Assembly (NCBI GenBank): GCA_965221035.1
Contig: OZ244860.1
Span: 3,312,641 to 3,376,640, forward strand
Reading direction: 5' to 3'
DNA length: 64,000 bases
DNA from: Candidatus Rariloculaceae bacterium
GTDB lineage: Bacteria > Pseudomonadota > Gammaproteobacteria > Steroidobacterales > Rariloculaceae
Within the stretch, counting starts at the first letter, position 1. Each line of letters opens with the position of its first letter. The notes under the pieces were generated by a model that was not told the DNA's origin, did no database searches, and saw only the letters and a program-made list of their open reading frames with translations. The position numbers and the translations under genes are program-made. Of this stretch, positions 36,963-45,959 are shown piece by piece.

Positions 36963-39900
36963 TCAATCGTTTGCGGGATGAATCCGGCCAATAGGATCAA
37001 CTGAAATCTTCGCACCTCCTTTCGATACAATGGCTGTCGGACCAGGATGAAACACTGTTGCCTTACCAGCATCGTTATGGTTCTTCATGACGACTTGACC
37101 ATTTCCCCAGATTTCGGAAACGACTTGTACTCTGAAAATACCGTTTCTCTTTAGCCGCAATGAGTCACCGGGAGACAATGACATCAAGAATTGCGCGTCT
37201 TTTCCGCGTTTGCGACAGACTATTGGTTTTTTTTGTACCAGCCGTCGTGATGCCTCAAACAAGCTGACCACTTCGTGGTCGATACGCCCATCCGGCATCA
37301 GGTAGATTGCAATGTGATGGTTCTTGCCCAAGACGGAAAATCCTGTCGACGTCTTTGCCATGAATTTGATCTGTTGTTTTTTTCGAAGTCGTACCTTGCG
37401 AATTTCCGGCCCCCTTCGCCCGCGCTTGGGGTAGGGCGGGAAAGCCCTCTTCGGATCGCCACCATGAGTGTTTACCCAAGACTCGATGATTTTGCGTACA
37501 TTCTGGTCAGGCCAGAAGTCTTTATTCTTTTCGTTGAGATCGTTCTTGCTCAGATCTTCGACCTTGCGACGCGAGACAAAGTACTGACGGGTTTGCCGAG
37601 ATTTTTTCGTGGTGGTGATTCCCGTATCGCCGTAGACTGTTTCCTTATGTAGGCGTCCAGAGATTTTCTTGCGGACTCGATGCGACACAATGATTTTCGC
37701 AACCGCCTGCTCTGCGTCGCGTCGAATCGTTGCCCAAGGCGGAGGAAGGTGCGGCTGGGCTGCGCTCGGATCATCTCGCCGTTGCCAGTAATGCGAAAGT
37801 TTTTGTGTCATACCGGGATGGCAACAAGCGACCGTCAACGCATCGACCGCATGATGTCTATGGTCGAGACGCGTTTTCTCGCCGTTATCCGCGAGAATGT
37901 TGTTCAGGCCCCAAAGCCGACGCAGCTGGGCGGTTACGCGCCCCGAAACGGCAAAAACCTTTGTCGGGGCTTCCGGACCAATGTCCGGCCAAAGCTTCTT
38001 TAGATAGGCAACGGTTTCGCGAGCGGCGTAACCGGTATCGTTTAATTGCCGCGACTTGAAGGCGTCGGGGATGGATGGTGCCAAGAACTTCTTGATCTTG
38101 CCCGATGACATTCCGATTCCTCCTCGGCGAGCCCTCATGTCATTGAGTCGTTCCGCAATCACGGCCCATTCGTCAGGATCGCTGGCGAACATCTCGGAGG
38201 GAATCCGGTTGCCCTTGAGGAGATTGACGTCCCTCCGGCATAGTGTTTTGTTGCCGAAACTGTTGTCGAGTGAGAGCGAGCGCGGCCAAATATGCTCGAC
38301 CTGAAAGTCTCCAGTGCCAAACAGGGCGCTAAAAGAGATTGAGTCACCTGTGTATGGACACCTCCGGCCGCACTCATTCCAAAGCAGCCATTTCTCTATA
38401 TCTGTCCGTGATGGCTCGGTGATCCCCATATCCTGGAGGTCTTCGCGCGCGTCGATTCGGCGCCTCTCGTGACGCCTAATGCCTTTCGCCTTCTCCTCCC
38501 TCATACGCTTGGAGTTGCCAACGTCGCGGGCGATCTCGACCCTTACGAGGTCAGGTTTGCCGAACATGTCGATCAAATTGTTGACCACCTTCCGCATTTC
38601 GTTCCGGGTTCGTGCAACCGTGGGGTTTCGCAAACCAGCGATGTGTTGGCGTTCTTCGGGGTCGACGGGACTCGGAAGGCGGTCGAACACCTCTCCAGTC
38701 GGTCTGTCGCGATTGGGAAACGCAGTGGCGCGCCAATTCTCCCAATCTGGATCTGCGCTATTGACTACCTCGCCAAAACGAGCACCCATTTCAAGATGCG
38801 GTAGGATCGCCCGAAGCGCATCAATTGAAAACGGCTCCCAGCCTTGCGGCAGCCGTAGAGCCTTGATTTTGGCTGCTTGCTCATCGGAAAGCCCAAACTC
38901 GGAAGCAAAGCAGTGTGCGACTTTGGCGCGGCGTTCTTGACGCTCTGGCGTTGGAAGAATGACCACACGTTGATTGCCGACTCTCTTGTAGTCCGCGTGC
39001 CATAGCTGGTCCGGAAGACTATCCCGAATTTCTTGTTTGCGTTCGTGGCCCTTCCAATCGTCGCCAAAAATGTCCGCTAGCTTCGCCTCGACGGCATTGC
39101 CGAGCAGCTTCCTTTCGCCACCCTCTTCAACGTTAAATTTGAGCTTTTTTTCCGCGCCGGGTTTGCCGCGCCTGCGATACAGCGGTGCAAGCGAACGTCG
39201 GACCGTGGGCCAGGTCATCGTTGCCTGGGTCTGCAATTTGGCAAGAATTGCTCGGCGTTCTTCCTTATCCAGACGCCGTTGGTCGCCACCCACGAGCGCG
39301 AGATTATTAAGCTTCTCGAGCATGCGCCGTTGTTGCGACAGCCAAGAACCCTTTGCACAGAGAGGCGCTCCAGGAACAAAGCGACACCGGCCGAGCGTCT
39401 TCAGGCGCCAGAAGACAGGCCGTTGAAAAAAAATCGCCTCGCGCACTGCGGAGCGGAATGGCGCCGGCACGAGGGACGACCAGACAGTATCAAATTCATC
39501 AGCGACGACCATGCGTGTCGTATGCTCGCCCCGTTTACGCTCATGCGGTCCCCGTTCGGCCAGCCAAGCGCCGAGCGGCTTGTCGGCAAGCTGTAATGCC
39601 TGAGCAGTTTCTATGCGCGCCGACATCGCGTTCTTGTCGTCATTCGTCGGGGATTCGGTGTTAGAGTCAAGAATGCCTTCGACATCACGTCCCTTGAAAT
39701 GCCGTCGCTGCGCGAGGTGGTAGATCGCGCGTCCGACTTCGTGAGAGGTCAGTGGTTCCCCTTCGAATGCTCGCTTGCGGAGATCGTAAGGGTCTTGTTG
39801 CATCACCTCTGCCCAGCCGGACGTGCCTCGTTTTGGCAGCAACCCAGCTTGGTACAATACCTCGCCCAAATTGCGACGGCGTTCACGTCGCCGTCGGAGT

Positions 39901-40085
39901 TGACGCCTGCGAAGTCGTGCTTGACGCCGTTCTTGATTTAGCGGAACACCCTTTGAATCGCGCGCCTCACGAAAAATACGGACGCCTAGACGGTGTATTT
40001 TCCCCGTAGTGCGCTCTGCATTCTGCTCAATCACCGCGTATCCGATAGACGTGGTGCCAATGTCCAGACCGAAAACAAGCGGCAT
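36963..40085 (-). CDS. cas9: Cas9 (type II-C, compact, 1040 aa)
   Basis: RuvC-I FGLDIGTTSIGYAV. Arg-rich bridge helix ERRQARLRRRQLRRRRERRRNL. RuvC-II LVRVEIARD. HNH FQVEHIWPRSLSLDNSFGNKTLCRRDVNLLKGNRIP. RuvC-III LDHRHHAVDALTVA. Followed only by cas1 and cas2. Confidence 0.97.
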   Translation of the reverse strand: MPLVFGLDIGTTSIGYAVIEQNAERTTGKIHRLGVRIFREARDSKGVPLNQERRQARLRRRQLRRRRERRRNLGEVLYQAGLLPKRGTSGWAEVMQQDPYDLRKRAFEGEPLTSHEVGRAIYHLAQRRHFKGRDVEGILDSNTESPTNDDKNAMSARIETAQALQLADKPLGAWLAERGPHERKRGEHTTRMVVADEFDTVWSSLVPAPFRSAVREAIFFQRPVFWRLKTLGRCRFVPGAPLCAKGSWLSQQRRMLEKLNNLALVGGDQRRLDKEERRAILAKLQTQATMTWPTVRRSLAPLYRRRGKPGAEKKLKFNVEEGGERKLLGNAVEAKLADIFGDDWKGHERKQEIRDSLPDQLWHADYKRVGNQRVVILPTPERQERRAKVAHCFASEFGLSDEQAAKIKALRLPQGWEPFSIDALRAILPHLEMGARFGEVVNSADPDWENWRATAFPNRDRPTGEVFDRLPSPVDPEERQHIAGLRNPTVARTRNEMRKVVNNLIDMFGKPDLVRVEIARDVGNSKRMREEKAKGIRRHERRRIDAREDLQDMGITEPSRTDIEKWLLWNECGRRCPYTGDSISFSALFGTGDFQVEHIWPRSLSLDNSFGNKTLCRRDVNLLKGNRIPSEMFASDPDEWAVIAERLNDMRARRGGIGMSSGKIKKFLAPSIPDAFKSRQLNDTGYAARETVAYLKKLWPDIGPEAPTKVFAVSGRVTAQLRRLWGLNNILADNGEKTRLDHRHHAVDALTVACCHPGMTQKLSHYWQRRDDPSAAQPHLPPPWATIRRDAEQAVAKIIVSHRVRKKISGRLHKETVYGDTGITTTKKSRQTRQYFVSRRKVEDLSKNDLNEKNKDFWPDQNVRKIIESWVNTHGGDPKRAFPPYPKRGRRGPEIRKVRLRKKQQIKFMAKTSTGFSVLGKNHHIAIYLMPDGRIDHEVVSLFEASRRLVQKKPIVCRKRGKDAQFLMSLSPGDSLRLKRNGIFRVQVVSEIWGNGQVVMKNHNDAGKATVFHPGPTAIVSKGGAKISVDPIGRIHPAND

Positions 40086-40100
40086 GTGCGATTGTCCCGT

Positions 40101-40128
40101 TTGCGATTCAGTTCAGATGCGCTATTAT
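40101..40128 (+). promoter_or_regulatory. Predicted sigma70-type promoter of the tracrRNA (TTGCGA-16 nt-TATTAT)
   Basis: TTGCGA at 40101-40106 and TATTAT at 40123-40128, with a 16-nt spacer. This places a start near 40135, exactly where complementarity to the CRISPR repeat begins. It lies 38 nt from the cas9 ATG on the opposite strand. Confidence 0.6.
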
Positions 40129-40134
40129 TGCACT

Positions 40135-40257
40135 TGTAGCAAATCGAGAAGCGGTCGATTTACTTTTCGCAGCAAATTGACCCTTTGTGCGGGCTCGGTG
40201 TCCCAAGGTCATCCACCGAAATCCAATGCCCCCGTCAATTGGCGGGGGCTACTTTTG
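40135..40257 (+). ncRNA. Predicted tracrRNA (anti-repeat 40135-40173, 3' hairpins, intrinsic terminator)
   Basis: 40135-40157 (TGTAGCAAATCGAGAAGCGGTCG) pairs with repeat nt 34-12: 23 bp, 3 of them G-U. A 10-nt/5-nt internal loop follows. CGCAGC at 40168-40173 pairs with repeat nt 6-1 (GCUGCG). The RNA ends in a GC hairpin plus U-tract. The 5' end is inferred from the promoter only. Confidence 0.75.
40228..40257 (+). terminator. Rho-independent terminator of the tracrRNA
   Basis: GCCCCCG (40228-40234), loop tcaattgg, CGGGGGC (40243-40249), followed by TACTTTTGT. Confidence 0.8.
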
Positions 40258-40298
40258 TAGTGGCATGTGGCACTTGGAAATTACGCCGGATACCGCGC

Positions 40299-41771
40299 TC
40301 ACAGCAAGTCCGCGACCTGCTCCCTCGAATACTTGAAGGTCTTGTAAGACGGGGCGGAACCGAAGTATTCCGCCACGGTTTCGCCGTCGGCGTTGATCTC
40401 GCGCGCATACTCGTTCACGGTGTCGGTCAGCAGCGTATTCCCGTTCGGCAAGCGCCGAGCACCACCCTGAAAGGGCGCGAAGAATTCGGGGTCTTCCCAG
40501 AACCACGCCTGCTCCGCGGCAAACGGCTGTCCCGGTTCACGCGGGTAGTGGCCGTCCTCGGCCGGTCGCAAGCGCAGTTCATGCACGTTCGAGACGCCCC
40601 GAAGTGCTCTCTGGGCCTGCAACGCGTTGGCGCCCATGGCGCCCATGGCGCCCATACCCATCCCTGCCAGTCCGGTGCCAATCTGGACATTGTTGTTGAA
40701 TATCAGCAGGTTGCCCGCTCTCGGCAGTCCTGCGTCAATCCAGTTGGCGTCATGCTGCTTGAGGAACACGCGGTCATCGGACGTCCCCATGTCGTAGGCG
40801 GCCGGATTGCCGTAACGGAACAGCAGGTCGCCGCCCTGTCCGCTGCGCCCCCCGGTCGATCCCGCGGCCTGCTCCGACGTGGTGCTGTGATCGATGATCC
40901 AGATTTCGTTGTAGATGAAGGAACTGAGCACGACCTGGTCGAGTTCCGGGTGGTAGTCGACACCGTTGAGATGCTGTCGAATCTGGTCGATCGGCGCATA
41001 GGACTCGGGATAGTGCGCGTCGATCCGTTCCGGATGATCCGCCACAACGCCGTAGTTGGGCGCGTCCGGATCGCGGTCCTGGATGATGTGGTCGTGGAAA
41101 TGCCATTCCCAGACGACCTCGGCGGAGCCGTCCTGGAAATTCGGCCGCACCTCGACGACTCCGTCGGACAGCGCCGTGGCCGCGCCCTCGATGTCCCAGC
41201 CGATCGCGGCGGCCTCCTCGGCGGAAAAGGACGTGTAGGTGAGGATCAGGATGTTGCCGTTGGGCATCGGCGTCGCGTCATGGTGAAACCGGTCGATCCC
41301 GACGTCGGTTGATTCGACCTCCCAGATCACGTCGCCCCGGGGATCGGCGATTTGAACAACCGACGCCTGCGGTACTCCACCCAACGGGTCTCTGGCCGTG
41401 GCGCCTGTAACCCGATCACCCATGCGCAGGATTCGACCGCCCGGAAGCACGTGGGCCGATACCCCGCCGCCGGTGAGATTGGTTTCCCACCGTTGGACGA
41501 CGCGGCCTTCGTCGTCCACCAGCAAGCTGTAGTTATCGAAGTCGGCGCCGATCTCGTCTGTGCGGTGCCAGAACAGGTAACCGTCGAAGAGTTCGGCGGG
41601 CCGATGCACTTCCACGCGCACGTCCGGTAGGCCACCGGTCGCCAGCAGCGCGCCGTCGTCTTGGGCGTCGGCGATCTGGAGCGGCAATCCTGCAACCAGG
41701 AGGCAGGCGCCGAGCGCGCCGCCGCCGGCACGCGTGCCCGGTGATCCGGGATGTTCAGCCGGACAAGGCAC
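40299..41771 (-). CDS. Arylsulfotransferase-like (ASST type 2) secreted beta-propeller protein
   Basis: Signal-like N-terminus GGGALGACLLVAGLPLQIADAQ. Strings RFHHDATPMPNGNILILTY, VWEWHFHDHIIQD and HLNGVDYHPELDQVVLSSFIYNEIWIIDHSTT resemble proteins annotated as aryl-sulfate sulfotransferase. Contains an in-frame 9-bp x3 repeat (40629-40655, MGAMGAMGA). The GTG start overlaps the DoxX stop by 1 nt, and the true start is uncertain. Confidence 0.55.
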   Translation of the reverse strand: MPCPAEHPGSPGTRAGGGALGACLLVAGLPLQIADAQDDGALLATGGLPDVRVEVHRPAELFDGYLFWHRTDEIGADFDNYSLLVDDEGRVVQRWETNLTGGGVSAHVLPGGRILRMGDRVTGATARDPLGGVPQASVVQIADPRGDVIWEVESTDVGIDRFHHDATPMPNGNILILTYTSFSAEEAAAIGWDIEGAATALSDGVVEVRPNFQDGSAEVVWEWHFHDHIIQDRDPDAPNYGVVADHPERIDAHYPESYAPIDQIRQHLNGVDYHPELDQVVLSSFIYNEIWIIDHSTTSEQAAGSTGGRSGQGGDLLFRYGNPAAYDMGTSDDRVFLKQHDANWIDAGLPRAGNLLIFNNNVQIGTGLAGMGMGAMGAMGANALQAQRALRGVSNVHELRLRPAEDGHYPREPGQPFAAEQAWFWEDPEFFAPFQGGARRLPNGNTLLTDTVNEYAREINADGETVAEYFGSAPSYKTFKYSREQVADLL

Positions 41772-42196
41772 TAGTCCAGCAGCCAGTGCCTTCGGCCGGT
41801 GTCGTAAACCCGGTATCGCCCGGACCCCATGAAGAACAGCGCTACGCCCATCGCCAGAAAGAGCAGTTGCCCTTCCTTGTTCCAGCCGCCGAACTGATTC
41901 AGTCCGAAGAATGGCACCGGCAGCACGTAGAAGACCACCAGCATGGTGCCGATCACCGAGGCGGCGGAGAGCCTTGTAAACAGCCCCAGCGCCAGGAGGA
42001 TGGGCGCCAACACTTCGGAGACATACACGAAGTACATGAAGAAACCGGGTATGCCATTGGCGGCCAGCATGCCCATCTGGAACGAGATGCCGTGGGTGAT
42101 CTTGCTCCAGCCATTCAGCAGCAGGGTGAATCCCAGCACCAGCCGAAGCACGAGGACGCCGTTGTCCGGATCGGTCCAGAATGAAGTTTGTCGCAT
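41771..42196 (-). CDS. DoxX-family membrane protein
   Basis: 141 aa with 4 predicted TM segments. DoxX-like N-terminus LVLRLVLGFTLLLNGWSKI. Confidence 0.7.
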   Translation of the reverse strand: MRQTSFWTDPDNGVLVLRLVLGFTLLLNGWSKITHGISFQMGMLAANGIPGFFMYFVYVSEVLAPILLALGLFTRLSAASVIGTMLVVFYVLPVPFFGLNQFGGWNKEGQLLFLAMGVALFFMGSGRYRVYDTGRRHWLLD

Positions 42197-42289
42197 CGGT
42201 CCTTGATTCCCTCCGGCCCGGAATACCGGCCCTGAATACCGGTCCTGAATCCCGGCGCTGAACCCCTGGCGGCCTGGTTGCCTTGTTGC

Positions 42290-43060
42290 TCAGTAGCCGA
42301 TCGTGAAGCGCTGCCTCACATGGGCCCGGTTTTCCACCTCGTCGATGGCGGCGGTGGCGAGGTCGGCCACGTAGATCGACGAATTGCCTTCGTCATCCAT
42401 CAACAGTTCGGTGGTCGACACTCGGTATTCGCCACGCTGTTGCGTATCCGAAATACCGCCGGGCGTCCAGCCCATGATGTTTAACGGCGGTGTGAGGACC
42501 GTCCAGTCGATGTCGCTGGCGATGTAGGTGTCCAGCGCTACCTTGTGGCCGACGAGCATGGCGTAAATCTCGGTGCCTTCGGGTACCGGAAACGGCGCGT
42601 TTGCGATCATTTCCTCCACCGTCGGAAACATGGTCGTCGCGCCGCCGATCTGGAGTACGTAGGGCGCGCCCTCCATGCCTTCAAGCGCCATTGCGGCAGT
42701 GCCCGCCGCCAGCGCGTGGGTGGAGCTCTCAGGCGCGAAGTCCCCTTCGGGTGAACCCTGTACGGAAATCACCACGGCGTCCGCCCCCTGGGCGATGGCG
42801 GAAAATGACTCCGCGTCCGTGACATCGCCCTGCACCGCGGTGAAATTCGCGTGCTCGACGGTCAGCCGGTCGGGAGATCGGGACACGCCGATCACCGAAT
42901 GTCCCCGTTCCAGCGCTTCGTCGACGATGAGCCCGCCGATACTGCCGCTGGCGCCGAAAACGACGATGGTCTGATTGTCTTGCGCATGGCCGGACGTGCC
43001 GAACAGCAACACGGCGAGGATCGGCGCAATAAATCGGTTGAATATGGGTCGAATTGTCAT
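42290..43060 (-). CDS. Secreted NAD(P)H-binding (NmrA/atypical SDR-like) protein
   Basis: Start ATG 43060 gives the signal MTIRPIFNRFIAPILAVLLFGTSGHAQ, then the Rossmann motif VVFGASGSIGGLIVDEALERGHSVIGVSRSP. Confidence 0.7.
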   Translation of the reverse strand: MTIRPIFNRFIAPILAVLLFGTSGHAQDNQTIVVFGASGSIGGLIVDEALERGHSVIGVSRSPDRLTVEHANFTAVQGDVTDAESFSAIAQGADAVVISVQGSPEGDFAPESSTHALAAGTAAMALEGMEGAPYVLQIGGATTMFPTVEEMIANAPFPVPEGTEIYAMLVGHKVALDTYIASDIDWTVLTPPLNIMGWTPGGISDTQQRGEYRVSTTELLMDDEGNSSIYVADLATAAIDEVENRAHVRQRFTIGY

Positions 43061-43266
43061 GGTTGCTCCTGTGTTCAAGGATGGAGCGCATGGCGTGATC
43101 CGCTCCTGAAGACGTATGTTAACAGCCCGATGGCTTGAGGGTGCCACACATATGCCATTTCGATGGTGCGCAATTTGCCGCGTGAATTTGTCACGGTCAA
43201 CTCCGGCTTGTATCGTTTAAACCTCCCTCGGCAACGGCAGGCGGCGGACGCTTCGCGCAGCCACCA

Positions 43267-43728
43267 ATGGGGCTACGAATGATTACGTTAACGGTCAACG
43301 GGCAGACCCATCGAATCGACGCCGAACCCGACACGCCGCTGCTTTGGGTCCTGCGCGATTTCCTGGGATACAACGGCACCAAGTTCGGCTGCGGGATCGC
43401 TTATTGCGGTGCCTGCACCGTTCATGTGGAGGGTAACCCGGTACGCTCGTGCATCGTTCCGGCGAGAGCCGCCGAGGGCAGTGACATCCGCACCATCGAG
43501 GGCCTGGACAATCATCCGCTTCAACAGGCCTGGATCGAGCACCAGGTGCCGCAGTGCGGTTATTGCCAGTCCGGCATGATCATGGCCGCGAAGGGGCTAC
43601 TGGACCGAAATCCGAATCCCACCGATGCGGACATCGATGCCGCCATCACCAATGTCTGCCGATGCGGAACCTATACCCGGATTCGCGCGGCAATTCACAC
43701 CGCCGCGGCGGCGATGAGGGAGGTCTGA
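43267..43728 (+). CDS. [2Fe-2S]-binding small subunit of a molybdopterin oxidoreductase (IorA/aldehyde-oxidase small-subunit type)
   Basis: Cys clusters [12 protein letters not shown] and [10 protein letters not shown] ... CRCGTY. Alternative start ATG 43279 (MITLTVNGQ). Confidence 0.9.
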   Translation: MGLRMITLTVNGQTHRIDAEPDTPLLWVLRDFLGYNGTKFGCGIAYCGACTVHVEGNPVRSCIVPARAAEGSDIRTIEGLDNHPLQQAWIEHQVPQCGYCQSGMIMAAKGLLDRNPNPTDADIDAAITNVCRCGTYTRIRAAIHTAAAAMREV

Positions 43729-43730
43729 CC

Positions 43731-45893
43731 ATGAAGACGCAGGTCTCCCGGCGCGGTTTCCTTCACGGTTCCGGGATGGCCGCCGCCAGCCTGGTCATCG
43801 GCTTTCACCTGCCTGTAAGGCCGGCGCGATCCCAGTTCGGCTCGCCGCCTGCGCCTTTTGTCGTTGATCGCGACATGGTCAATGCCTACCTGACATTCAA
43901 TCCTGACGACACGGTGTCCATCGTTTCAGCCGCGGCGGAGTTGGGACAGGGCTCGCTCACCTCTCTTCCCATGCTGATCGCGGAGGAGCTCGAACTGGAA
44001 ATCCGGCAGGTGCGCATCGAACAGGCGCCGCTCAATCCGGAAGCGTTCATGAACCGGCTCTTCGGTTACCAGACCACCATCGGCACGTCGGCGGTGCGAT
44101 GGGCGTTCGATCCCCTGCGGCAACTCGGGGCCAGCACCAGGGAACTGCTGCGCAACGCCGCGGCGGTTACCTGGGGCGTGCCGGTGGCCCAGACCGTGGC
44201 CCGAAGCGGCCAGGTCATCCACACTCCGACCGGACGGAGCCTGAGTTATTTCGAATTGGGCGAAACCGCCTCGGGATTGGAAATTCCGGTCGACGTACCC
44301 CTCAAGCCGCAAGGCGAATGGCGGATTCTGGGTACTCCATTCCCGCGCTGGGATACCGAGGCCAAGTCCACCGGGCAGGCGCGCTACGGTATCGACATGC
44401 GAGTGGAAGGGATGGTGGTCGCCACGATCGCCGCGACGCCGGTTCCCGGCGGCACCCTGCGTTCGGTCGATCCGCAACCGGCGCTGGTCGTACCCGGTGT
44501 GGAAGACGTGGTGATGCTCGAAGATGCCGTGGCGGTCACCGCGACCGATTACTGGTCGGCAAGGAAGGGCCTGGGCGCCCTGGCGCCGCAGTGGGATTCC
44601 GGGCCCGTGGCGGAGCGGGACAGCGAAAACATCCGCGAGGAAATGATGCGGTTGCTGGAACGTCCCGGCAACGAGGCGGTCAACGAGGGTGACATCGAAG
44701 CGGCCAGGGAAGCGGCGGCGCAGGTGCTGACGGCGACCTACGAGGCGCCCTATTGGGCCCACGCCACCCTGGAACCGCTGAATGCTACCGCCCACTATCG
44801 CGGCGACAGCATCGAGTTCTGGTTGGGAACCCAGTCACCGGGGCGCATCCGGAGCATGTGCGCGGAGACCTTTCCCGAAGTGCCGGCCGGAAACATCATC
44901 GTCAACAATCAGTACCTGGGCGGCGGCTTCGGTCGACGGGGCAGTCCCACACCGCCAAGACAGGCCGCGCTCATCTCGAAACAGATCGGCAAACCCGTGA
45001 AGCTGATCTGGTCGCGGGAGGAGGACATGACCCACTGCACGTATCGGCCGAAGTCCGCCGCCAGGATGGAAGGCTTTCTGGATGCGCAGGGCAAGGTCAC
45101 CGGATTCAAGGGCAGGATAGCGGTCCAGTCGACGCTGGCGGCGCTCACCGGCAATTCCGACATACCCTTCGATCCATTCGCGACGGAGGGCCTGATCGAC
45201 CACGATTACCGCTTTCCGGCGCTGAACTTCGAATACCACTCGCCGCGTCCGGGGATCCCGGTAGGTTTTTACCGGGGCGTCGGTTTCATCCACAACACGT
45301 TCTACCGCGAGAGCTTCATGGACGAACTGGCCCATGCCGCCGGACGGGACCCCATGGAGTTGCGCCTGGAGCTGGCCGGACACAGCGAGCGCAACGTGCT
45401 GCTCCTGAACACCCTTGCCGAGCGCTCCAATTGGGGCAGCCCCGCACCGGGAAATGTCCAGGGCGTGGCGTTCGCATACAGCGACGAATCCACGGTCGGG
45501 GAGGTCTTCGAAGCCGCCATCGGCGACGATGGCCGTGTCAGGCTGCGCAGGATCACCTGTGTCTGCGATGTCGGTGTTTGCATGAACCCGATGATGATCG
45601 AACACCAGATGGAGAGCGCCATCACCTGGGGACTCACCAGCGCCATGTTCGGGGAGATTCTCATCGACAACGGTGTGACGCGGCAGAAGAATTTCAACGA
45701 ATACGAGCTGGTCCGTATCAGCCACATGCCGGCGATCGAAACGGTGATCCTGCCGCCGACGGACACGCCGGGCAGCGGTGGTGAGTGCGGCGCGCCACCC
45801 GCGCCGCCGGCGTTGGCGAATGCGATCTTCGCCGCGACAGGCCGTCGCCTGCGTTCCATGCCGTTCAGGAATCACGGCATCTCGTTCGCCTGA
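43731..45893 (+). CDS. Molybdopterin-dependent oxidoreductase large subunit (IorB-like), Tat signal
   Basis: ATG 43731 lies 2 nt after the small-subunit stop. Tat motif MKTQVSRRGFLHGSGMAAASLVIG. 720 aa with aldehyde-oxidase/xanthine-dehydrogenase-type strings (GGGFGRRG, GVGFIHNTF). Confidence 0.85.
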   Translation: MKTQVSRRGFLHGSGMAAASLVIGFHLPVRPARSQFGSPPAPFVVDRDMVNAYLTFNPDDTVSIVSAAAELGQGSLTSLPMLIAEELELEIRQVRIEQAPLNPEAFMNRLFGYQTTIGTSAVRWAFDPLRQLGASTRELLRNAAAVTWGVPVAQTVARSGQVIHTPTGRSLSYFELGETASGLEIPVDVPLKPQGEWRILGTPFPRWDTEAKSTGQARYGIDMRVEGMVVATIAATPVPGGTLRSVDPQPALVVPGVEDVVMLEDAVAVTATDYWSARKGLGALAPQWDSGPVAERDSENIREEMMRLLERPGNEAVNEGDIEAAREAAAQVLTATYEAPYWAHATLEPLNATAHYRGDSIEFWLGTQSPGRIRSMCAETFPEVPAGNIIVNNQYLGGGFGRRGSPTPPRQAALISKQIGKPVKLIWSREEDMTHCTYRPKSAARMEGFLDAQGKVTGFKGRIAVQSTLAALTGNSDIPFDPFATEGLIDHDYRFPALNFEYHSPRPGIPVGFYRGVGFIHNTFYRESFMDELAHAAGRDPMELRLELAGHSERNVLLLNTLAERSNWGSPAPGNVQGVAFAYSDESTVGEVFEAAIGDDGRVRLRRITCVCDVGVCMNPMMIEHQMESAITWGLTSAMFGEILIDNGVTRQKNFNEYELVRISHMPAIETVILPPTDTPGSGGECGAPPAPPALANAIFAATGRRLRSMPFRNHGISFA

Positions 45894-45959
45894 CCGCCGG
45901 CGAATCCAGGCACGGCAGTAGCCGCGGCCATTCACCCGCAATCCCCAAAAGGAAGCCCC

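Noticed and set aside
40009-41312. Plus-strand ORFs 40009..40260 (83 aa) and 40185..41312 (375 aa)
   Set aside because: The first covers the tracrRNA promoter, anti-repeat and terminator. The second is antisense to the ASST-like gene. Neither has motifs.
43081-43104. Small hairpin GGAGCG-12 nt-CGCTCC between the NAD(P)-binding gene and iorA
   Set aside because: A 6-bp stem with no U-tract and no conserved riboswitch features. It is not distinguishable from chance in GC-rich DNA.
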